A stretch of 57,822 bases of DNA from Chitinophagaceae bacterium. Lineage in GTDB: Bacteria; Bacteroidota; Bacteroidia; Chitinophagales; Chitinophagaceae. Location of the stretch: assembly GCA_014879545.1 (NCBI GenBank), contig JACSRV010000109.1, positions 1 to 57,822 of the forward strand, read 5' to 3'. The notes below the pieces were generated by a model, which was given only the letters and a program-made list of their open reading frames with translations, did not search any database and had not been told where the DNA came from. The first letter of the stretch is position 1. Every line of letters begins with the position of its first letter. The position numbers were made by a program, and so were the translations under genes. Shown here one piece after another: positions 1-9,000 of this stretch.

Positions 1-66
1 ACGGGACTCGAACCCGCGACCTCCGCCGTGACAGGGCGGCATTCTAACCGACTGAACTACCGATCC
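1..66 (-). tRNA. tRNA-Asp(GTC), 3' end truncated by window edge
   Basis: Reverse complement reads GGATCGGTAGTTCAGTCGGTTAGAATGCCGCCCTGTCACGGCGGAGGTCGCGGGTTCGAGTCCCGT, with D-arm, anticodon GTC (plus-strand 30-32) and T-loop GTTCGA. Confidence 0.97.
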
Positions 67-81
67 TTTCAGTTGGGAGTG

Positions 82-111
82 CAAATGTAGTAACAAATCT
101 GTAAAAGCAAA
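82..111 (-). promoter_or_regulatory. Bacteroidota sigma-A promoter of tRNA-Asp
   Basis: TACATTTG (-7 consensus TAnnTTTG) at 89-82 and TTTG (-33) at 111-108 on the minus strand, 18-nt spacer. Confidence 0.75.
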
Positions 112-220
112 AACTTCAGAGGCTTCTTTTCATATTTTTTTCTTTCTTGTCCATCAGACGATAAGATCGGTTTGTGTGTAGCTGCCCGGAGATACAAAAA
201 CAGTCAAAATAGATACCTTC

Positions 221-1783
221 ATGCGTACAACGAAAAGACAAATGGCTTTGCGATCTCTCCTATTTACGGCTGCTCTATTGAGCGGGGTCCTGTTGCCCGG
301 ATGCGGCAGCCCTGAACATGAGATACCAGCTTACGACCGCGACTTTTGCTCGCAGATCCATTTTGATAAACCGGGCGGCCTTCAAGCCGAACTTGCACCG
401 CTTGCTGACAGCATGAAGACGAAAACCGGCGTGTATGTGCTGGAGGAAGGCGATGGGGCCATGATGGCACGAGCGTGGCTTTGCGAACATGCTGAAAGAT
501 CCATAGATGTACAATACTTCATCTTTGCCACCGATAATGTGGGGCTTATAGGCTGCGACTATCTGGTGAGAGCAGCAGACAGAGGCATAAAGGTGCGCAT
601 ACTTATTGACGACCTGCTGGTGGACGCCCGAGCTGAAGACATCCTGACGATGGATGCCCACAAAAACATAGAGATAAGGATCTATAACCCGGGTGTGAAC
701 ATCGGCAAGAATATTGCCGGAAAACTGAAGACACTTGTCACGGATTACAAGGGTGCCAACCAACGGATGCACAACAAGACATTTACGGTGGACGGACAGG
801 TAACAATAACAGGCGGGCGAAACATTGCGGATGAGTATTTTGACTACGACCACGAATTCAACTTCAGAGACCGGGATGTATTGTTGCTGGGGCGGACTGT
901 GAATGTGGTGCAACAATCTTTTGAACAATTCTGGGCGGACAGGCTGAGTGTCCCAATAAAGCAATTGCTGCCCACAACCGACACGGGCATAAACGATGCT
1001 ACTCGATTTGAACGACTGCACCAATATGCGTGCAATCCGGAGAACTACTGGCCACAGGTTAGGGAGCGGATAGCGAAAATACCGGACGCGTTCAGGGAGA
1101 TACAACGGACGGGCAAAATGGTATGGACTGACAGTATTTCGTTCGTATCGGACGTACCGGGAAAAAACGATGCGCCCGGCATGCATGGTGGAGGAGCGAC
1201 CACCGAAAGGCTGACTGAGTTGGTTAATGCTGCACAGAACAAGATAGACATACAAACACCCTACGTAGTGCTGACTGACGAAGGTATTGACCTTTTCCGC
1301 AAAGCGGTGCAGCGCGGGGTACGTGTGCGGATACTTACCAACAGCCTTGCATCGAACGACAACCTGCAATCGTTTGCCGGATATCAGACGATACGTGAAC
1401 AGTTGCTGAAAGCAGGCGTGCGACTGTTTGAATTCAGACCGGATGCAAAGGAACGATACAAAATAATGACGGGTGCATTGCAAAAGAAAATGAATTACCC
1501 CCCCGTATTCGGGCTGCATGCAAAAACAATGGTAATAGACGGACACATCACGGAGATAGGCACTTTCAATCTGGACCCGAGAAGTGCCAACCTGAACACT
1601 GAATGCATTACTATCATTCACTCGGCAGATGTGGCGAAATGGGTGCTTCAAGGAATGGAAGAAGAGCTAAAACCGGAGAATGCCTGGGAAACAACTACCA
1701 CTTTCAATCCGGATGCCACAGCGAGCCTGAAACGTAGGTTGAAAACATGGCCACTGAAAGCGTTACCGAAGAATATTCTGTAG
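221..1783 (+). CDS. Phospholipase D family lipoprotein (ClsC/YmdC-like cardiolipin synthase family)
   Basis: Two HxKxxxxD motifs (RMHNKTFTVD, GLHAKTMVID), GGRNIADEYF and FNLDPRSANLNTE; lipobox LLPG-C28. Confidence 0.9.
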   Translation: MRTTKRQMALRSLLFTAALLSGVLLPGCGSPEHEIPAYDRDFCSQIHFDKPGGLQAELAPLADSMKTKTGVYVLEEGDGAMMARAWLCEHAERSIDVQYFIFATDNVGLIGCDYLVRAADRGIKVRILIDDLLVDARAEDILTMDAHKNIEIRIYNPGVNIGKNIAGKLKTLVTDYKGANQRMHNKTFTVDGQVTITGGRNIADEYFDYDHEFNFRDRDVLLLGRTVNVVQQSFEQFWADRLSVPIKQLLPTTDTGINDATRFERLHQYACNPENYWPQVRERIAKIPDAFREIQRTGKMVWTDSISFVSDVPGKNDAPGMHGGGATTERLTELVNAAQNKIDIQTPYVVLTDEGIDLFRKAVQRGVRVRILTNSLASNDNLQSFAGYQTIREQLLKAGVRLFEFRPDAKERYKIMTGALQKKMNYPPVFGLHAKTMVIDGHITEIGTFNLDPRSANLNTECITIIHSADVAKWVLQGMEEELKPENAWETTTTFNPDATASLKRRLKTWPLKALPKNIL

Positions 1784-1863
1784 AAGACAGGGACCGAAGG
1801 CAGGAGCAGTACGCAGGAGCGGGTGACAGCGGCAGTCCGATATCGAGAAACACCTGAAAAGAA

Positions 1864-1894
1864 CAAGGGCTTTCGTGAAGTACGAAAGCCCTTG
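1864..1894 (-). terminator. Intrinsic terminator of the ECF sigma/anti-sigma operon, possibly bidirectional
   Basis: 13-bp perfect stem CAAGGGCTTTCGT/ACGAAAGCCCTTG followed by TTCTTTT on the minus strand, between convergent genes. Confidence 0.8.
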
Positions 1895-1917
1895 CCACAA
1901 CTATGAAAAAACTATAA

Positions 1918-3120
1918 TTAACGGTTGAAAATGGTGCAGCGCATCTGGAACTGCACGTAATCGCGGTCTATAAATTTGTCGCTGAGGTTGATAACACCGT
2001 TGATGCCTTTGCGGTAGGACACACCTGCACGGACACGCTGGGTGAGGGCAACCTCGGTCTTGCCTACAAAACCTACATCAAAAGTTGGCGCTACCTGCAG
2101 GTTGCCACGATCGACCTCTGAAGTAGCAGGACGATTATCGACAAGCATCTTCTGGAAGTCGGGACCCACACCAACAGACATACGTTTCATGATCTTGTAT
2201 CCTATGCTTGGTGTGATCTGGGCGTAATAAAGGTTGTAGTTAACGTCTTTCATCTTGGCCACACCAACCGGGCCTGAAGTAACAGGTGTTTTGTCGGTAG
2301 TGGTAACAGAACTGGTCTTAGATGCTGAACCCGGCTTTGCAGCAGTAGCACCGGATGCGCCCCCTGCATATGTGCCGCCACCGCCACTATAGTCCATGTA
2401 CATTGTTTGCTGTGTATTGTCGGACGTTGCAAAGGCTACATCGCTTTCAACATATACTTTGTCGTTGATCATTTTGCGAATAGTAGCCCCTGCCATGTAG
2501 CCGCTGTTGCGATTGCCCTGGCAAACACCGCCCATTACGATCACAGAAAGATTGAGCGGCTTGCGAACTGTATGAGCCTCGTGACGGAAAGTATGCAATG
2601 GTTCGCGGTCAGGTGTTTCCTTTTTGCGCGGCACGACAGCATTAGCCACAGATGAACCTACTACAGGTAATGTCGTGGAAGCAGGTGCCTGTGTGGCAGG
2701 GACAATATTGTTGAGCTTCAGGCCAATTGATGAAGCAACGGCGGTATGGGCAGCAGACCTTGCGACAACCCTTACTTTTCTGATCTGTTTGAGAACAGCA
2801 GTCTCGGTAGTGTGTGGGTTGTAGGGTATCATGGCAATGGGTGCCGGTTGTGCCGGAGCGGCCCATTTTCCAACATTTGCGTAACCGGCTTTGCCATTGC
2901 CGGCGGGCAGATCCATTTTCCAGAGTGAAGTGACACCCAATGCCAATGCAACAGACGCGGCCATTCCGGCGGCAGGCATCCATAACCACATGAGCATACT
3001 GCGCTTTTTCGCACGGCCATCCATTTGCTCTACAAGCCGGTCCCAATTGCCGGGATTGTAGGCAAACTCGTTCTGATCAAACTTCTGTCTGACCAGTTCG
3101 TCAAATTCTCTTGGCTTCAT
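1918..3120 (-). CDS. Putative anti-sigma factor: N-terminal cytoplasmic helix, one TM segment, Pro/Ala/Thr-rich linker, C-terminal outer-membrane beta-barrel-like domain
   Basis: Overlaps the sigma gene by 20 nt. N-terminus FDELVRQKF...WDRL, basic RAKKRS, hydrophobic segment, low-complexity linker, then amphipathic strands ending YVQFQMRCTIF. Confidence 0.65.
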   Translation of the reverse strand: MKPREFDELVRQKFDQNEFAYNPGNWDRLVEQMDGRAKKRSMLMWLWMPAAGMAASVALALGVTSLWKMDLPAGNGKAGYANVGKWAAPAQPAPIAMIPYNPHTTETAVLKQIRKVRVVARSAAHTAVASSIGLKLNNIVPATQAPASTTLPVVGSSVANAVVPRKKETPDREPLHTFRHEAHTVRKPLNLSVIVMGGVCQGNRNSGYMAGATIRKMINDKVYVESDVAFATSDNTQQTMYMDYSGGGGTYAGGASGATAAKPGSASKTSSVTTTDKTPVTSGPVGVAKMKDVNYNLYYAQITPSIGYKIMKRMSVGVGPDFQKMLVDNRPATSEVDRGNLQVAPTFDVGFVGKTEVALTQRVRAGVSYRKGINGVINLSDKFIDRDYVQFQMRCTIFNR

Positions 3121-3682
3121 ACGTAATGTTGTTTTGTTCAGTTTTCATCACTTTCTTCTGCAGAAGATTCCTTGCCTGGTGCAAATGCCAGTGCGAGGTA
3201 CCCTCGCTGATATCGAGTTGTTCGCTTATTTCTTTATGGTTGAACCCGTCAAAAACAAACAGGTTAAAAACCGTGCGTGTCATTGCGGGCAGTCCTTGTA
3301 TCATTTTGACCATGTCTTTGAACTCAATGCGTTCCAGCCCTGAGTTGGACACTGACAGATTCGTTTCCTCGGCGGGTACTGCTCTGACGTGCATTACCAT
3401 TTCCTCTTTGAGCGCATGGCTACGGAGGTAGTCGAGGCAGGTATTTACGACAATGCGCCTCATCCACCCCTCGAAGGAGCCTGAGTTCCTGAAATTGTCT
3501 ATTTGAGTGAACACCTTTAAAAACCCATCGTTGAGGAGCTGTTCAGCATCCTGCATATCCTTGGCGTAACGGGCGCAAACCTTCAGGAACATACTGTAGT
3601 ACGTTTTGTAAAGGTGCTCCTGTACCGCCCGGCTTTTTTGCCGGCACCCTGCTATTATTTCCTGTTCAGAATATGCGGGCAT
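3101..3682 (-). CDS. ECF RNA polymerase sigma-70 factor
   Basis: Region 2 DAEQLLNDGFLKVF...SFEGWMRRIVVNTCLD; region 4 VFNLFVFDGFNHKEISEQLDISEGTSHWHLHQAR; 193 aa. Confidence 0.95.
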   Translation of the reverse strand: MPAYSEQEIIAGCRQKSRAVQEHLYKTYYSMFLKVCARYAKDMQDAEQLLNDGFLKVFTQIDNFRNSGSFEGWMRRIVVNTCLDYLRSHALKEEMVMHVRAVPAEETNLSVSNSGLERIEFKDMVKMIQGLPAMTRTVFNLFVFDGFNHKEISEQLDISEGTSHWHLHQARNLLQKKVMKTEQNNITYEAKRI

Positions 3683-3802
3683 AAGGTGGTGGTCAGTTGG
3701 TCAATACTAGGTTATTTCATATGGTTCGCTTCGTCTTTCATTGTTTCGTGGTGCTTCATCACACCCTTCAGGAACAAGGCCGTGGTTAGCGACAGCCTGT
3801 AA

Positions 3803-3810
3803 CAAAGATA
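3803..3810 (-). promoter_or_regulatory. Putative -7 promoter element upstream of the ECF sigma operon
   Basis: TATCTTTG on the minus strand, about 120 nt upstream of the sigma ATG. Confidence 0.55.
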
Positions 3811-4041
3811 GGTTTAAAGGGGCCGGTTGGCTTTCACGGTTTTGTAATGATTGTTTTGCTTTTGTAAAAAAATCGTTCAGTTGTAGCTTGTTTCCATTGA
3901 AAAAGGGCCCTTTTTGCTATTGAAACTAACCACTCAGATATAAAGACGCAAAACCATGCCAAAACCTTGGGTTGTGAAATATATTTTTTATCTACATTAG
4001 ATTTGAGACGTTTTCCCTGGTATAAATGGGGCGGAACGGGA

Positions 4042-5016
4042 TCAGTAACCGATGGAAAGCTGGAGGCCACCGTAACTGTGACTATCGCCGGTAGCAAATT
4101 CGCGGGTGAGGGTAGTCATAAAGTACTCAACACAAACATTCTGCCAAGCAGCCACAAAGCCCAGACGGTTTCGCAACACCGGCCGAGAGATGTCGGTTTC
4201 GCGTATGACGTATGGCGATGCACGGTTAAAAACGCCGCCCTGCAGGGTGGCATTGTAGCCGGGCAAATAGGCTGACGGCTGATCGTAGACGTAAAAATGA
4301 AGGTGCCTGCGGGATGCACGCTCGTCAGCGAACGGCGAGTGAAAATGCCCCAACATTACTGTTGTGCTCACGCCTGCACCGGTGAGCAGCGTACCAACGT
4401 TCACATTGGCGGCGGCCGACAGGAGAAAAAAATGGCGGTAGCGTAGCAACTCTTTTTCATAAGCGGCATCGTAGTTGAGCATAATGTCGTTACGGATCTG
4501 ATGGAGCCAGCCGTTGGGCATATAATTGCCCAGCACTTTATGCACAAAGCCCTGAATATCGCCGGCAATAGCTGCCTTGCCTATTACACCCGCAGCGACC
4601 GAGGTATAAAATCGCTGGCGGCGCAGGGTATCAATTGCGATAGCGAAATTGCGGATGGTGAGCACACCGGCATATGGACGGTCGCCCACCAGCAGTGTGG
4701 GATCAGAAACACTGCCGGGGGTAAAGGCGTTGTGCTGGATACCAATACCGTAACGGGTAAAACTGAAACGGGGATTGTAAAGTAATTTGTTGGTAATGAG
4801 GCGATTGAACAGCGGCGTGACCATTTCCAGATCGAGGCCCTGGGTGTAATACCGGTCGGAGCCGAGGAAAAAATCGTTTTCGAACACAGCGCGTCCATAA
4901 CCTCCGCCCGGCTGATCTTTGTATGCCTGCCAATTTCCAATTGATTGCGCAAAACCAACGGACGATGCAAAAAGCAAAATGAAAAAAGGCCAGAACCAAA
5001 ATAAACGAACAAGCAT
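4042..5016 (-). CDS. lpxR: Lipid A deacylase LpxR family outer-membrane protein (DUF2219)
   Basis: Signal peptide; motifs FENDFF.GSDRYYTQG, DRPYAG, GWLHQI; C-terminal strand YGGLQLSIGY. Confidence 0.82.
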   Translation of the reverse strand: MLVRLFWFWPFFILLFASSVGFAQSIGNWQAYKDQPGGGYGRAVFENDFFLGSDRYYTQGLDLEMVTPLFNRLITNKLLYNPRFSFTRYGIGIQHNAFTPGSVSDPTLLVGDRPYAGVLTIRNFAIAIDTLRRQRFYTSVAAGVIGKAAIAGDIQGFVHKVLGNYMPNGWLHQIRNDIMLNYDAAYEKELLRYRHFFLLSAAANVNVGTLLTGAGVSTTVMLGHFHSPFADERASRRHLHFYVYDQPSAYLPGYNATLQGGVFNRASPYVIRETDISRPVLRNRLGFVAAWQNVCVEYFMTTLTREFATGDSHSYGGLQLSIGY

Positions 5017-5153
5017 GCCGGGTAAAAATACAAAAGCAAGATATGGTATCCTGAGTTGTCTGTTGTTAACATTGACACAAACTATGTGTGTATGCGGAAA
5101 TGAGTTAGGAATATGAACAAATAAAGTGCATATTTGTATAATAAATAGTATTT

Positions 5154-6008
5154 ATGTCATCTTTCCTCATAGCCGAGAGCGGGTCTACAAAAACCGATTG
5201 GTGCCTGCTGAGAAAAACAGGGAAACCAGTGTTTTTCAAAACCCAGGGTATCAACCCATACATACAGAAGAGCGAGGCTATAGCAGCTATGCTGCAGGAG
5301 GAATTTCCGGCTAAAGCACTAAAGACAGTTCCTGATACTATCTACTACTACGGGGCAGGGGCCTCGGCGGCAGACAAACAGAAACAACTGCAACAGGTGC
5401 TACGTAAACACTTTGGTGTCAAAGACGTGAAGGTGCAGAGCGACCTCACAGCCGCCGCGCAATCATTGTGCGGTACCGACAAGGGAATAGTGGCAATACT
5501 GGGCACGGGTAGCGCCTCATGTTTTTACAATGGAAATAAGATCGCTGTACAGCAGCCTTCACTGGGATATATTGCAGGCGACGAAGGCAGTGGAAACTAC
5601 ATTGGCAAGCGAATACTTCAGTACTATGCCTACGGAACGTTTGATGCAGAATTAAAGACAGGTTTCGAACTACGTTTCGGGAAGGACATACAGGCTATTA
5701 TAGGCGAGTTGTATAGCGCGCCCTACCCTAACCGCTACCTGGCGTCTTTTGTTCCGTTCATCAACGATATGCGGGGACATTACATGGCGGAGAACATTAT
5801 TGAAGACTGCCTGAACGACTTCTTTCATCACAATCTGCTGAAGTATCGCCAAAGCTGGACCTGCCCGCTTTATTTTACGGGTTCGGTAGCCTATACATTC
5901 AGGGATGTGATTGAGAGCCTTTGCAACCAATATGAACTGGAACTGGGAAAAATAGTGCAAAGCCCCATGGAGGGTCTTATAAAGTATCACCGGAAGAACA
6001 TGCGTTAA
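5154..6008 (+). CDS. BadF-type ATPase / N-acetylglucosamine kinase-like protein
   Basis: LIAESGSTKTDW, ILGTGS, SLGYIAGDEGSG and FTGSVA motifs of the ASKHA sugar-kinase fold. Confidence 0.88.
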   Translation: MSSFLIAESGSTKTDWCLLRKTGKPVFFKTQGINPYIQKSEAIAAMLQEEFPAKALKTVPDTIYYYGAGASAADKQKQLQQVLRKHFGVKDVKVQSDLTAAAQSLCGTDKGIVAILGTGSASCFYNGNKIAVQQPSLGYIAGDEGSGNYIGKRILQYYAYGTFDAELKTGFELRFGKDIQAIIGELYSAPYPNRYLASFVPFINDMRGHYMAENIIEDCLNDFFHHNLLKYRQSWTCPLYFTGSVAYTFRDVIESLCNQYELELGKIVQSPMEGLIKYHRKNMR

Positions 6009-6044
6009 ATCTGCCCACGCGAATAGTCGGGCAACGTTTGAGTT

Positions 6045-9000
6045 TTACTCCTCGTGTTTTGAAGTGGAGTCGAGTGCCGCCTGAATTACCTTCATCTGCT
6101 TTTCTTTTTGCTGACGGGCGTAACGGCCTGCATGGAATAACTCATCGAGATTATCGAAAGAACGACGCCAGCTTATACCCACACCAGAGCGTTGGATATT
6201 GCGGTCTCTTGTGAGGTCATAGTCGCTGGTATGGAAGGCATTCAGGCGAAGACCGCTGGCGGGTGCCAGCAGGTACTGAAGACGAAAATCACCTGCCACG
6301 TTGAATGAGTTGGCAGCGTTGGCGGTAGCAGGGCGCCCCCAGTCGGAAGTGCTACCTACTGAAATAAGCAAACGATCGTTGAGGTAATTTTTTGTGACAC
6401 CCAGCTTCAACTGACTTCTATTGACCCCGGTGATCTGCTGCGACTGATCGCTATAGTTGTAGTTGGTATACTTTACGGCAACATTAAGATTCCGATCTCC
6501 GATCAGTCTGTTCACGATGTTTGTGAGCCCGGAAGAAGCAGTGGACGAGATGATCTGACTAACATTATTGATGGCACCGCTGAGTGCCCCCTGCCCCATA
6601 CCCTCCGGCGGGATAAAGGCACCAACCAGCAACAGAGAGGCCACCTGATCGAACTTCTGGCGATCATCATTGTTGATGAGCAACAACTTGGAATAAGCGA
6701 GTGAGCCTTTTGTGTGTTTACTTTCAAGATCGAGATCGAATGTAAGTTGCGGTGTGTAGATCGGTCCCTTCATGTGCAGCATAACATTTACCACCTGCGG
6801 TGCCTGCGCGTCGCGGGCTTCATTGTCGCGTATCATCATACGCTCGCCTGAAGAAAGGAGATCATACAGACGTGCCTTCACAGAATAGATAGCGTCCACG
6901 GCAATCTGAGTGGATTCAAAAGGCCCGTTGAACGCGATGGTGCTGCCCTGATTGAGGCGGAACATGCGGTGGATACCAACTTGCTGGAAGGTGAGCGTGT
7001 AATAACCCTGATTGATCGTGTATAACCCCGACATGCGCATATCATTGCTGGGGGGGATATCCATCTGGACATTGCCCTTTCCGGTTGCAACTATCTCATC
7101 ACCGGTGGCGGCATCCATGACGATGTGGATCTCGGCCAGTTCGTTGAGGTTAGCATCGAGGTTGATGGATATCTTGTCTTTAGTGTGCCGCTCTGCTTTG
7201 TCCTGATCGGCACCATACGTTTTGAATGACACATAACTGTATGCACCAACGTACCCACCCGTGCTTGACGGAATATATAGTACTGACTTTGCCGCAGGAT
7301 AACCGTTATACAGGTTGAGACGGATGTTATTGAACGGACCGCGGATAGTGAATGAATCCATACCTGCGATCATCTTGCCATAGAACAGATCATTCTCGTT
7401 GCGTGCCAGATTCATCAACTCCATTTTGGGCGTAGTAACCTTCAGACGCATACGCATCTTATTGAACAACTCGTGCGAGAAGTAACCTGACAACAGGGCT
7501 ACATTTTTGTAGCTATCGAAAACCTGAATCTGCCCGAGGCTGATACGCTGATTGGTGATGCCGACTGTGGCCTTCGGGATGGTGTAATGGCAACCAAGGT
7601 AGTCGAGGCGGAACCCAACGTCTGAAACAGAAAGTTTTCCCTCCATCACCGGCTTGTCGTTGGATCCTGTTACCGACACGGTACCGTTTACCGCACCCCG
7701 AATATTGCTGAACAGACCAGTAAGGAACGGTGTGGCCCACGCTACACGGGCATTATTGAAGGTAATGGCACCATTGATCTTCTCGGCCGCTGCACTATCG
7801 AGTGCCACCTGACCTGACGCTGAAACACTTGCATGATCGCGGTAGATACCTGTCTGGGGATCGATGTACAACATTTTCTTCACCACATCCCAGCGGCCAA
7901 CCACATTTATTGCACCCACAGTATCGCCGCCCAGCTTGACGCCACTGGCTCTGATGTTGGTGCTGATCTCGGTGTTGGTGAACGTATTTGCTACCACAAT
8001 GTTGCCGTTTATACGACCATCGGCCTGATAAGAAGATAGACCAAACAGGTCGCCGAGCTGCGCCATATCCAGATTGGTAGTATTGACAATAAGTCCGCTA
8101 CCGCTCCCTTGTGTGGACGATAACGAAACCCGTTGTATGCCGGAACTCAGGTTAACGCCAGAGACGCTCAGGTACTTATCGGAATAAACAATATTGCTAC
8201 CGCCGGCGATATGCCACTTAACACGATTCAAATAAAATTGGGAAGGAAATACATTCAGACTCAGCGTATCGCTGTGAGCAAATATGCGGCCATTCAACGC
8301 AAAGGAACTGGCCCTATCGGGCGACATGGTGGCCAGATTGAACAATACCGAGTCGCTACCAACAGTAGCTGTGAGACTAAGCCCCCCATGCAGAATACTG
8401 TCGCCGAGCGCAATGTTACCAACGGTGGTATTAACACCCAGTATATTGAAGTCGCCTTCACCGAGGACACTAACGTTTCGCAAATGGACATTGCCAATGC
8501 GCCCGTAAGGAACAGTTGAGTTCAGCAGTAACTTCTTCGCATTTGTATTAAGAGACCCTGACACCACAGAATTATCGAACCCGCGTAATATGGGCAGAGT
8601 GATCGCAAAAATACTATCGACCTTCGCGGTTGTGATGCGGAAGCTAATATCCTGATCGGGTGCGTATTTCTCTGGCGCCTTAATGTAATTCGGGATGTAA
8701 CGGGATAAATAATACTGAACCGAGGCAGGCAAAGCGCTGAGTCGATAGTTGCCATTTATCTCGGCCGTAAAGGCATCGCTGGTGAGGCTGATGTGGCGGT
8801 TACGCTCGTTGCCTGAAGACAACATGAACAATGAGTCTACGGCAAGTTTTCGGCCATTTCGCTTGAGGTCGATATTGAACAATTTGGCATTTCCATAGAA
8901 GTCATCAATAGTACTTCCTGTGCAGTTGAGGTCGAAGTCGGCGGCGGCAGTAAAGTTGTCGGGTGTGAGATTGATCTCGCGGAAGTTTGCAGAGAGCAAA

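Noticed and set aside
275-1651. 458-aa antisense ORF inside the PLD gene
   Set aside because: It is codon-aligned with the sense gene, so it only reflects avoidance of TTA/CTA/TCA codons. It ends at a sense CTA (275-277) and the translation has no recognisable motif.
1-1783. tRNA-adjacent genomic island
   Set aside because: The window lies on the tRNA 5' side; no integrase, att duplicate or evident compositional break.
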